Source of the DNA: Bacteroidota bacterium
GTDB taxonomy: Bacteria > Bacteroidota > Bacteroidia > Bacteroidales > ML635J-15
NCBI GenBank assembly: GCA_029564465.1
Contig: JAKQPY010000075.1
Location: 5,814-69,813, forward strand
DNA length: 64,000 nucleotides
Direction of reading: 5' to 3'
Each line of letters opens with the position of its first letter. Position 1 is the first letter of the stretch. A program made the translations under genes and the position numbers. This document shows, piece after piece, positions 38,446-47,433 of this stretch. The notes beneath the pieces are model-generated. The model had not been told where the DNA came from and searched no databases. It saw only the letters and a program-made list of their open reading frames with translations.

Positions 38446-40599
38446 TCATTTTATTAGAATTTTTAAAACCTGTTCCCTGCCGTCGTCAATAAATAGTTTT
38501 ATCATGTATAACCCGGGGGCTGTCCCTTTGATATTGATAATTGCTTCACCGTTTGCCGATGTCCCGGTGTAAACCAATTCCCCGAAAATATTATACACTT
38601 CTAATATATAATTAACTCCCGTTTCGGTTGAATTCAACCTGAATAGTCCGTCGTTCGGATTAGGATAGGCGTTTACCGGCGCTGTTCCGTTTTTCAGCTC
38701 AAGACTGTCGCAGCACTCTTTATATATATTAAAGAAGACCCTGTTTGTTTCTCCTATCGAATCGGTAAACGCCATACTGCATAATTCATAATTGTAGTTA
38801 CATACCGGGAAAATAACTACCGGATTACGAGTGCTCTGACCTGACAATATTTGAGCGGGAGAAGGGAAATACCATGAATAGGAAAAAATATTAGCAGTAT
38901 CAGAATCCATTCCATTAAATATTAATGTGTCACCAATTTCAGGGATACATTCAAATGTAAAATAGCCTAAAGTGTCTTCTGTTATTGTACGTGTGTATGT
39001 TGATTGTTTGCCCGCCTCATTACCAAATACATTTTCGTCGCAATCAACTGGCTCGATGTAAGCCGTAAAATCCACTCCGGTGCCGGTGCCGAATCCGGGT
39101 AACAATTCTATGTTCTCACCCGCCCGGTATTCAACAGCCTGGGCCTGGGTAGTGATTACCTGTTCCGATCGAATAGAACACATAGCAATATAGCTCTCAG
39201 GTGCAGTAACATTTCCGGTAAGATACGGGTGGTGGTAGTTTTTATAAGCAGGTGAAATACCGGGATTTTGTATGCGATATAAATTGTAAAGCAACATATA
39301 ATCCAACCCGTTGTACATACCTAAGAAATTAACATCTCCTTCTTGCTGTATTTTTTTTTCATGCCAAAACTTTGCACTACATGCCCAACCGTTTCCGGAA
39401 AAAACAGTAGCTGACTCTGCATATGGTCCTTTACACGGAGCTGCATTCAACTGGTCACGAACTTTCTGCATATCTAAACGATTAGTTGTTTCACCTTGTA
39501 AGATTTCCCACAATAACAAATAAAAGGTATCCCAGTTGTGCTGATCCGCGCATACTTTTATGTTGAGAGTATTTGCTGGAACCCTTATACTCCCCCAAAA
39601 CAAAGCAATATTTATTGCCCAGTTATTGCTTATTGCAGCCAAACTGCTTGTCATGTGAGCCACATCTGTTCTTAAAGGGGCAACCGTGTATGGTATCGCA
39701 TCCCAGACCAGTAGCATAGGTGGAAGTGTAATTCCATTATAAGAACCCCTAAAGTATTTGTCTGTACCTCTGAAACCATGTTGAAAAGCTGTAGCATCGT
39801 TCCCGATATTCGGATTGACACCATCTGGAGAATAAAACACCCAATTAAATGGATTATTCCCATAAGGGCAATATTGTATAAAATTAATAATCTTACTTGC
39901 AATTTCTATTGAGACATCATTGTAGTCGAAATTGTGATATACACCTGTTTCATTGTAAAAACCTGAATTAGGAACCAGTTTTTTTACCAAAGCTAAATTT
40001 CGCAACAAAAATATTGCTTCATCCTGACTCATTATTTCTATATATGGATTGCTACACATATTACTTGTTACTGAACTCGCCCAACCGGGATCCCCACCTG
40101 AGTGGTTTGTCCCAGGTTGTATGTTTTTGTTTAACTCCGGATGTGTATAAATAAAATCGTTTGGCACATTGTTTCGCATAAAAAAACCATCGTATTGGTC
40201 GCTCATATATAAATCCTCCCATGGAAATTCCGATTCACACATATCCATGTTTTCGATATAGGTTTGCAATGCATAATACAATTCTCTCAAAGTTTGATTT
40301 ACATCTTGCCCATTATTATTTAACAGGTAATACTCTGTTGCCAGTACTCCTATGTAATCACCCAAATAAGCAGATTGCTGCCCAAAGTGCAAATTCTCTT
40401 CATTCTGATGATTACGAACGCCGGCTACCTGACAAGCCCCAATTCCAGCTCCATGAACCATAAAATATTGTAAACGATTACGGTAATACCAGTATTTCAC
40501 TAGATTTTCCTCTTCTTGGGTCATATTGGTTTGTGCTTGAGTAAAATAAGAGAAGAGTGTTACAAGTATTAATGTAAATGATGTAGTATATAATTTCAT
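38446..40599 (-). CDS. Hypothetical secreted protein with a T9SS C-terminal sorting domain
   Basis: Signal peptide 'MKLYTTSFTLILVTLFSYFTQAQ' and CTD 'NAYPNPNDGLFRLNS...GLYMIKLFIDDGREQVLKILIK'. The 600-aa body is unrecognised. Confidence 0.7.
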   Translation of the reverse strand: MKLYTTSFTLILVTLFSYFTQAQTNMTQEEENLVKYWYYRNRLQYFMVHGAGIGACQVAGVRNHQNEENLHFGQQSAYLGDYIGVLATEYYLLNNNGQDVNQTLRELYYALQTYIENMDMCESEFPWEDLYMSDQYDGFFMRNNVPNDFIYTHPELNKNIQPGTNHSGGDPGWASSVTSNMCSNPYIEIMSQDEAIFLLRNLALVKKLVPNSGFYNETGVYHNFDYNDVSIEIASKIINFIQYCPYGNNPFNWVFYSPDGVNPNIGNDATAFQHGFRGTDKYFRGSYNGITLPPMLLVWDAIPYTVAPLRTDVAHMTSSLAAISNNWAINIALFWGSIRVPANTLNIKVCADQHNWDTFYLLLWEILQGETTNRLDMQKVRDQLNAAPCKGPYAESATVFSGNGWACSAKFWHEKKIQQEGDVNFLGMYNGLDYMLLYNLYRIQNPGISPAYKNYHHPYLTGNVTAPESYIAMCSIRSEQVITTQAQAVEYRAGENIELLPGFGTGTGVDFTAYIEPVDCDENVFGNEAGKQSTYTRTITEDTLGYFTFECIPEIGDTLIFNGMDSDTANIFSYSWYFPSPAQILSGQSTRNPVVIFPVCNYNYELCSMAFTDSIGETNRVFFNIYKECCDSLELKNGTAPVNAYPNPNDGLFRLNSTETGVNYILEVYNIFGELVYTGTSANGEAIINIKGTAPGLYMIKLFIDDGREQVLKILIK

Positions 40600-40603
40600 T
40601 TTA

Positions 40604-41104
40604 TTAAAGCTTTTTTAATTTGAGATAAAACGTAGTATTTTCAGGATAACCCCAATAAATAATATAATTCTCAGGTTTCATCCACAAATGCATTTCATCG
40701 TTTGTTAGCCGTAAAATATCCCATGAACCCCACCTACCAATAGGTCCGATGGGATTTGGGTGAACATCGCTTGAAAAATCTATAGTAAGTTCATTTTTAA
40801 TATTATTATAAAAACACCATGCTCCTTTGCGGATTGTATCATCCGTGCAGTTTTTTAAATTTAATATATATTTATATTGTAAACCAGGAAATAATTCATC
40901 GGTAAACTCCCACTCGCAGGCAATTTGCTGGCGATACAGTTCAGTAGAATCCAGATCGGTTATTAGTAGTTTTTCTACCTGCCAGGTGCCAAGTACGCGG
41001 TTTTTTGCAGACCGGAAACTGATGCACGGCCCGTCTTCGTAGCGGGAACATCCCAAAAGAAAAACCAGTAGGATTATTGCGGTAAGTATGAATGTTTTTT
41101 TCAT
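40604..41104 (-). CDS. Small lipoprotein, lipocalin-like
   Basis: Lipobox 'VFLLGC'. 'GTWQVEKLL' and 'WDILRLTNDEMHL' resemble the lipocalin-like domain of Bacteroidota lipoproteins. Confidence 0.55.
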   Translation of the reverse strand: MKKTFILTAIILLVFLLGCSRYEDGPCISFRSAKNRVLGTWQVEKLLITDLDSTELYRQQIACEWEFTDELFPGLQYKYILNLKNCTDDTIRKGAWCFYNNIKNELTIDFSSDVHPNPIGPIGRWGSWDILRLTNDEMHLWMKPENYIIYWGYPENTTFYLKLKKL

Positions 41105-41115
41105 GGCTATCGGGT

Positions 41116-42513
41116 TTATTTATTATGTTCGACTTCGATAATTTTCTTTTCCAGTTCGATAATATACAATGTAAGTTCTTCGATTTTTTGAAGCAATATT
41201 TTATCCATTTCAGCCACATCAACGCCATTTTCGGTAACCTCAGATTTACTTGGCACCCCGGGCAAATGTTTATGCACCGCAATGTAGTTTTCCACTTCAT
41301 TAATACTCATCAACGGGTAACCGCTTTCGAAAACAAAGTCAGACCATGTGTCAAGGTTTACGGTTACTTTACGTGCCTTTACTTCCCCATTGTTGTTAAC
41401 ATGGAAGTTAATTACGCGATTGCCTGAATCGTCATTGAAAATATAGAATTGTTTGGCTTCAATAAACGATTCACTCACTAAAGTGCCGTTACATAATATC
41501 CTTAATTTAGAATCGCCATCCACAATGCTTTCGAGCGCATAGATATATCCTGCATCAGCTGCCGAAGGTGTATTAACCAAGACAGCTCTGTTCCATTGTG
41601 CATATCCATTTGTATTTATATCTAAACCACCGTAATTATTAAATTTTATATGATCGATACCGTCCATATTCCAGTAAATACTTCCACCTTCACTGTACCA
41701 TAATGTAGTTCGGTGAGTGCCGCCATTATTTAAGGATATCAGGTTTTGGCTGCCACTGGTAGGGCTAATATCAAGAACGGCATTTCCAAACGATTCCGTA
41801 TTGCCACCAATGCAGATTCTGTTTTTTGTAAAAAGTCTTCCGTCGGTATAAATCCTACTGTATGGAATTGAGCTGAGTTGTACTTCAAAGGCAATTTCTC
41901 CTGCTGAGCTGTTGCGAATTGTAATGCCTTTTTCCCCTGTAAAACCTTCCTGATGTATGATAACCGGTCCTGTGCCTAACTTTTGATAATTGGTCCCATC
42001 AGCAATGTTTAATAAACTGCTCCCGCTTCCAATAAATGAACCTAGACTAGAGTTATACCCAATAATATGCCTTGTATAGTCATCAAAAATAGTACTTATT
42101 AGTCCGCCGCATACGATATTTATATTGCCATCGCTATTAAGCTCAAACCCGGTGTTTTTCGCAATAACATCCCCTTTTTGCAATAATTTAATACTTCCTG
42201 TTTCATAATTCTCAATGGTAGCATGTATATCAATGTACCTAATTTGAAATCCATCGCCGCTGGTAATTCCCGATATATCATTCGAAAACCTAAGGTCACA
42301 CTCGGGCCTGGGTCGTTTGGCTCCTTTGAGAGTTTCTTCAGCTCTGTCATCATACAGATGGAGTGTCGCAATTGGGGTTACAATTCCAATGCCGACAAAC
42401 CCGTCGAAATTTGTATTATGTATATTACCATGGTTAAATACCCACGGGTCTAACCCTGCTTGGGATTTTACCTCTTTTGTAAAAACATGATAAAAACCGC
42501 AATGGCAGTACAT
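41116..42513 (-). CDS. Fibre-like beta-rich protein with a conserved C-terminal 'SDFVFE...HLPGVPS...KIEELTLY' module and coiled coil; the N-terminus is probably frameshifted
   Basis: Gly/Asn/Ser-rich repetitive body. The C-terminal 70 aa match a module I recognise from Bacteroidota proteins often annotated as tail-fibre-domain proteins. A signal-peptide-like mini-ORF (42468-42539) lies in another frame. Confidence 0.55.
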   Translation of the reverse strand: MYCHCGFYHVFTKEVKSQAGLDPWVFNHGNIHNTNFDGFVGIGIVTPIATLHLYDDRAEETLKGAKRPRPECDLRFSNDISGITSGDGFQIRYIDIHATIENYETGSIKLLQKGDVIAKNTGFELNSDGNINIVCGGLISTIFDDYTRHIIGYNSSLGSFIGSGSSLLNIADGTNYQKLGTGPVIIHQEGFTGEKGITIRNSSAGEIAFEVQLSSIPYSRIYTDGRLFTKNRICIGGNTESFGNAVLDISPTSGSQNLISLNNGGTHRTTLWYSEGGSIYWNMDGIDHIKFNNYGGLDINTNGYAQWNRAVLVNTPSAADAGYIYALESIVDGDSKLRILCNGTLVSESFIEAKQFYIFNDDSGNRVINFHVNNNGEVKARKVTVNLDTWSDFVFESGYPLMSINEVENYIAVHKHLPGVPSKSEVTENGVDVAEMDKILLQKIEELTLYIIELEKKIIEVEHNK

Positions 42514-42652
42514 ACTACGAAAAAATTTGATTTGAGCATAATATTTGGTTTTTGGTTAAATTCTCGTATTCAAATATACACTATTCTAATTATTAAAAAA
42601 AACAGTTTTGCATTATATGTAAAAAAAATCAACTTATTTGATTATTTTTACA

Positions 42653-43744
42653 TTAAGTACATGACAAAAATTTGCAACAGGTTTGAAATTCTTCAAGATC
42701 GTTGCGGAACAGTATGTTAGCGATGTAAACAAGGCCATATTTAAATGTACTTTTTGCTTTTCTCCCATGTGTTTTAATTTTAATAGGGCAAATTGATTCA
42801 AGAAAAATGCCTGCTTTATAAGCCCAGACAAAAGCGACCAAAACCAAAGCAAACAGTTTGTCAATACGCTCAATATCGGTTAAATGAGTATCTTCAATAT
42901 TAAACCCACTCGATTTGAGAGCCTTAAAAGCAGACTCGATTTGCCAGCGTTCTTTATAAAGAGTTTGCGCCTGATTGGGTTTATTGAACGAAACAATAAT
43001 TTGGAGTTCAGGTATCCCCTGCTTGTTTCTTACTTTTGAGGCTGAGAGATAGCAATATTGCCCATTAATTGACACAATTCTGCGATAAAAGTCTGATTGA
43101 TTAATTTTAATGTAGCTGAATAACCAACTCGCTTTAACCCTATGCCCATTTTTAGGAATATCGACCCAGAAATTTTCCCGAATTCGAATATGGTACCTGA
43201 TAGTGTTGCAGTTGAGATATTTTAACCAGTGTTCCCCAACAAACTCCCTATCGGCCAACAAACAATCTATGCTTTCGACCCCAAAGAGATTTATGTATCG
43301 CTGCATGAGTTCAATCCGTTCATTGGTTGATGAGTTCCCAAACTTTGGCATTAACCGAAATAATACTGGAAATGCAACCCCATGGTAAACAACAGCAAGA
43401 ACAAGTATGTTAATGTTGACGGTTCCAAACTTCCAGTTTGTCCTATCCATGGCCAATCGGTATGGTGGCTGGTGAGGTAGTAAAGCAAAAATCAAACGGG
43501 CTATTAAATTGGTATCAAGCGCATAGCCTGCCATAAAGTTTTGTATCCTGCGCAAGGATGAATCAACCAGCACATCGGTGTCAAAACTGGCTGCTATTTT
43601 CTCGAAACAAACTGTTTGGACTTTACAAAGTCCGCAAATAAATAAGCCAAAGAACTTTATTCGGGCCAAATTCATCTCTTTCCCGAAAGTTTGAAACAAT
43701 GTTTCAATTAAAATGCTATTTTTACTCTCTACTCTGGTGTCCAT
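42653..43744 (-). CDS. IS4-family DDE transposase
   Basis: 363 aa with 'YRLAMDRTNWKFG' (first D), 'LLADREF' (second D) and 'YKERWQIESAFKALK' (YREK/E region). The stop codon (tta, 42653-55) is the outermost triplet of the IS. Confidence 0.85.
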   Translation of the reverse strand: MDTRVESKNSILIETLFQTFGKEMNLARIKFFGLFICGLCKVQTVCFEKIAASFDTDVLVDSSLRRIQNFMAGYALDTNLIARLIFALLPHQPPYRLAMDRTNWKFGTVNINILVLAVVYHGVAFPVLFRLMPKFGNSSTNERIELMQRYINLFGVESIDCLLADREFVGEHWLKYLNCNTIRYHIRIRENFWVDIPKNGHRVKASWLFSYIKINQSDFYRRIVSINGQYCYLSASKVRNKQGIPELQIIVSFNKPNQAQTLYKERWQIESAFKALKSSGFNIEDTHLTDIERIDKLFALVLVAFVWAYKAGIFLESICPIKIKTHGRKAKSTFKYGLVYIANILFRNDLEEFQTCCKFLSCT

Positions 43745-43890
43745 GTATCTTAGTTTTAGACGTGGAAATTTATTATCTAAGATACTGAATGCCAGGGTTT
43801 TATGTTATATTTTTGAGTAAAAGTTATTATTGAGTTATTAACATATTTGTCTGATTATTAACGCATTATGATTTTTTGTCATGTACTAAA
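42653..43890 (-). mobile_element. Intact IS4-family insertion sequence (1238 bp) with 18-bp terminal inverted repeats and a 9-bp target-site duplication
   Basis: Ends ttaagtacatgacaaaaa (42653-70) and the reverse complement of tttttgtcatgtactaaa (43873-90) match 17/18. The direct repeats atttttaca at 42644-52 and 43891-99 abut the ends. Confidence 0.85.
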
Positions 43891-43917
43891 ATTTTTACAT
43901 ATAAATTTATTCGTGCA

Positions 43918-45726
43918 ATGAAATATGTTGTTCCTGTATTATTGTTGCTGCTGATTGCAAAACAACAATTTGCACAAGAAAATCCCTCGGATGTAACTAT
44001 CTGGTCCGACGATTTTTCAAATTCCTACTGGTGGTCGGCGCATCAAAGCGAAGATCTTTTCCCATGTGGGTTATGGACGATTTCGGCAAACGGACCTACC
44101 GGCGAATTTTCGCACTTTATGGGTAAAATCATTTCGGAAAGCAGCAACAACGGATTTGCAATTTTTGATTCTGAAGCGGTTGGAACACCCAATTATCCAC
44201 AGGATTCCTGGATTGAATATAACTATAGCTTCGACTGTTTCGGTTCGGAGAGAGTGATCTTATATTTTCAAAGCTACTATCAACATAAAAACGGGTCTTG
44301 TTTTTTGGAGGTATCAAACAACAGCGGTTATACATGGACCAGCTATCCGGTGCACGAGGATATGTTCTACAGCGAATGTTCATATAATCCTTCGTATGTT
44401 GGCGTTGATATTTCGACGGTAGCCGCGAACAAGCACACAGTAAAGATCAGGTTCAGGTATCAGGGCATGCCGGGTTTTGCATGGATGGTTGATGATGTTG
44501 AAGTGCATGGACAACCAAATCACGATCTGAAACTTGTGGACGGTAGAATTAATTATTTTAATTTCCCACATTTTTACAACATCTATTATCCGTGGTCGGA
44601 ATACTATCATTATAGTGGTTTCTATGGCCAAATACCGATTGACCAAATGGAGTCTCCCCTGGCCGGACTTGTTTTTGATGCGATAATCAGGAACAATGGC
44701 ACGGAACCGGTAAAACCGCAGGTACACGTCATCATTGAATCACCCGAAGGGTTTTACGAATATGACAATGTTTTTGTAGCTGACGATTCTATTATGCCCA
44801 ATACACAGGATACGCTGTTCGTTTGCGACGAAGTTTTTTACTTTAGCAAACCCGTTCCGGGAAAATATGTTTTTTCGTATCAGGTGACTGAAAATAGTAT
44901 TGACGACGATTTTCCACAGGACAACTGGTATTATGATACGATTGAATTGACCACCAACCGGTTGAGCAGATGTAAAAACAATATCAGTGCTGTTTTTGAG
45001 GAAAACGATCTGCCATTGTTGGGCTATAATTATAGTCCTGTATATATATTTGAATTTACCCGATCAACTTATATCGAAGGATTTGAACTCTATTACCCCC
45101 AGAACGATATCATCTCTACCAGTGTTATTGCAAAATTCTATAAAATCGAAGACCCGTTTTGGCCCTATTTAATGGATCAAGATAAAATAGGCTCCACGAG
45201 TTGTTTCTACCCAGAGGGAACCGACTGGATGAACGATTGGTTTTTTGTGAGTATGATACAGCAACCTAATGATGAATTTATTTATATTGAGGTGGAAAAT
45301 CAACCTGTGAGAATTGCTGTTGAAGTAAGCGCAGAAACAAAATTAGCAATTGATTATACAGTGCATTCCGAAGGCAGGGAGTTCGGATCAAGATACGGGA
45401 GTGGGATACTCTTTTTTACCCGTGAATTGCGATTTGCGCCCCTGTTCAGGTTAATTACCGGCGATGGACAGGTTGGCAACAATACTTCAGCTGCTTTATG
45501 CGAGAATATTAGGTTCAACAATCCTGCTTCTGAGTTGCTGAACATCTCATTCTCAAATGGATTGATAAATAGTAACCTCAAAATATTTGACATAACAGGG
45601 AAGTGTTTTTTATCGCAGATGATTGGTAATCAACGTGAAATCTTAAACATTGGATACCTGAAACCGGGAATATATTTTCTGCAAGTAGAAAACACCGCCA
45701 TTAATAAGAAGCTGGTAGTTGAATGA
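43918..45726 (+). CDS. Hypothetical secreted protein with a MAM/choice-of-anchor-like N-domain and a T9SS C-terminal sorting domain
   Basis: Signal peptide 'MKYVVPVLLLLLIAKQQFAQ' at the 43918 ATG. CTD 'NPASELLNISFS...LKIFDITGKCFL...GIYFLQVENTAINKKLVVE'. Confidence 0.75.
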   Translation: MKYVVPVLLLLLIAKQQFAQENPSDVTIWSDDFSNSYWWSAHQSEDLFPCGLWTISANGPTGEFSHFMGKIISESSNNGFAIFDSEAVGTPNYPQDSWIEYNYSFDCFGSERVILYFQSYYQHKNGSCFLEVSNNSGYTWTSYPVHEDMFYSECSYNPSYVGVDISTVAANKHTVKIRFRYQGMPGFAWMVDDVEVHGQPNHDLKLVDGRINYFNFPHFYNIYYPWSEYYHYSGFYGQIPIDQMESPLAGLVFDAIIRNNGTEPVKPQVHVIIESPEGFYEYDNVFVADDSIMPNTQDTLFVCDEVFYFSKPVPGKYVFSYQVTENSIDDDFPQDNWYYDTIELTTNRLSRCKNNISAVFEENDLPLLGYNYSPVYIFEFTRSTYIEGFELYYPQNDIISTSVIAKFYKIEDPFWPYLMDQDKIGSTSCFYPEGTDWMNDWFFVSMIQQPNDEFIYIEVENQPVRIAVEVSAETKLAIDYTVHSEGREFGSRYGSGILFFTRELRFAPLFRLITGDGQVGNNTSAALCENIRFNNPASELLNISFSNGLINSNLKIFDITGKCFLSQMIGNQREILNIGYLKPGIYFLQVENTAINKKLVVE

Positions 45727-45869
45727 ACCGGATGGAAAAAGTTGCTCTACTGTTCAGTAGTAAAAGTGTTCTTATTTTGCAAACATAGTACTTTAGCGCA
45801 GTTTTAAATGTGCTAAACGACCGACTTGAGAATGACGCACATTAAAAAATGGGGGGCTATGTCATGTCT

Positions 45870-46037
45870 CAGTGTTTTTATAGTTAGCACACGAACTGTC
45901 GTTTTCGTGGGGTTACTAATGCATTGTGCGTTACCTCCCGCACAGAAAGTCAGTGTATCGGTATCGGCTATGTTGGTTTCGTTTCCTACGATATTTCGCG
46001 ATTGCCTTCGGACACATAGAAAAATGAGCCGGTGGCA
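45870..46037 (-). pseudogene. Truncated, frameshifted copy of the 3' half of the cupin gene at 47434-47745
   Basis: About 130 nt (45910-46037) align by eye at high identity with 47475-47604. Translation gives 'VGNETNIADTDTLTFCAGGNAQCISNP' against 'VGNETQIADTETLTFCAGGNAHCISNP'. A 1-nt deletion puts the upstream 'IATGSFFYVSEGNREI' in another frame, and the stop codon is lost. Confidence 0.78.
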
Positions 46038-46112
46038 AAAAAATTTGTTTTTAAATTGAAAATGCATCATATTTGTGGACAAATTAGGCACACAACTACT
46101 CAATATGTCCAC

Positions 46113-47294
46113 ATGCAAGAAAAATCATTGATTAACAGGCATATAGCGGGGCAAATTTCGGTGGCTTCGAAATTCTATCATGCAATTACCCTTACCGGCC
46201 CGCGACAATCAGGAAAAACAACCCTTGTCAGGAACTTCTTTCCGGAACTCCCTTATGTGAATTTTGAGGATATACCAACCCGAATGGAAGCAATGAACGA
46301 TATTAAGGCTTTTATCCGACGTTTCCCAAAAGGGCTGATCATAGATGAGGCTCACAATTACCCTGACATTTTTTCCGCCATACAGGTCGAAATTGACGAA
46401 GATATCTTTAACAGAAAAAAAGAGCGCTTGTTTATTGTTACCGGCAGCAGTAATTTTTCGCTCCTCGAAAAAGTAACACAATCCATGGCGGGTCGAACTG
46501 CAGTCCTTTCGTTGCTTCCTTTGTCGCTAAAAGAACTCGGGCAACAAGTAAAAAATGTTTCGACGGACACACTGATTCTTAATGGAGGATATCCGGCTAT
46601 TTGGGCAAACGATATTCCACGAACGATGCTATTCAGCGATTATTATTCCACCTATGTTGAACGTGATGCCCGTCAGGTGGTTAATCTGAAAGAAATTAAT
46701 GCTTTTCATCATTTCATCAGATTGTGTGCCGGAAGAATTGGATCGGAGTTTAATGCGTCTGCCTTATCGTCAGAGACCGGAGCAACAACCAGAACTATTA
46801 ATAACTGGCTCAACATTTTGGGAGCGTCTTACATTGTTTATCTTCTGCCCCCATACCATGAAAACATCGGTAAAAGGCTTACTAAAACACCTAAGTTGTA
46901 TTTTTACGATACGGGACTGGCAGCATATTTGCTAGGGATAGCAAACGAAAACCAACTGCAAACCCATCCATTACGAGGTTCATTGTTCGAAAATTTTGTT
47001 ATTAACGAAATGCTGAAAGAACGTTACAACCATGGCCTTGATAATAATTTCTGCTTTTATCGCGACAAATCGCATCGCGAAGTGGATGTTATACAAGTGA
47101 ATGGTCTCAGTCTTAACGCATACGAAATTAAATCTTCGATGACCTATAAACCTGATTTTTTCAATAATATCAATTATTTTAAATCACTGTTAAACGAGAA
47201 AATTGTCCGCACAGCAGTAATTTACGATGGCGAAAACGAAAACCACAACCCTGAATATGCGCTCTATAATTTTAGAAATTTTAGTCTGGAGTAA
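46113..47294 (+). CDS. AAA-family ATPase with a C-terminal DUF4143 (AAA_14 + DUF4143 architecture)
   Basis: Walker A 'LTGPRQSGKTTL', Walker B 'GLIIDEAH', 'PKLYFYDTGL', and C-terminal 'HREVDVIQ'. The ATG at 46113 is preferred, because the earlier 27 codons run into the pseudogene. Confidence 0.85.
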   Translation: MQEKSLINRHIAGQISVASKFYHAITLTGPRQSGKTTLVRNFFPELPYVNFEDIPTRMEAMNDIKAFIRRFPKGLIIDEAHNYPDIFSAIQVEIDEDIFNRKKERLFIVTGSSNFSLLEKVTQSMAGRTAVLSLLPLSLKELGQQVKNVSTDTLILNGGYPAIWANDIPRTMLFSDYYSTYVERDARQVVNLKEINAFHHFIRLCAGRIGSEFNASALSSETGATTRTINNWLNILGASYIVYLLPPYHENIGKRLTKTPKLYFYDTGLAAYLLGIANENQLQTHPLRGSLFENFVINEMLKERYNHGLDNNFCFYRDKSHREVDVIQVNGLSLNAYEIKSSMTYKPDFFNNINYFKSLLNEKIVRTAVIYDGENENHNPEYALYNFRNFSLE

Positions 47295-47433
47295 ATTTCT
47301 CCTTAGATTATCCTTTTTCTGTGTGGCCTCATACCCATACGAGCCATTCACAGAGAGCCCAGATTCACCTGAAATTTTGTACTGAAATAATTACAGCACT
47401 TAGTTTTAAATATAAGGTTCAAAGGGCGTAAAG

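Noticed and set aside
40941-41427. Overlapping ORFs at 40941-41300 (minus) and 41092-41427 (plus).
   Set aside because: They straddle the junction of two well-supported minus-strand genes and have low-complexity, shadow-type sequences.
46032-46112. Extended N-terminus (MAKKFVFKLKMHHICGQ...) for the DUF4143 ATPase.
   Set aside because: The extension begins inside the cupin pseudogene homology. The ATPase family's conserved N-terminus fits the ATG at 46113 (MQEKSLINR...).
45813-46118. A 101-aa minus-strand ORF and the 77-aa plus-strand ORF at 45826-46059.
   Set aside because: The minus ORF is a chimeric read-through of the frameshifted cupin fragment, so I annotated it as a pseudogene. The plus ORF is its shadow.
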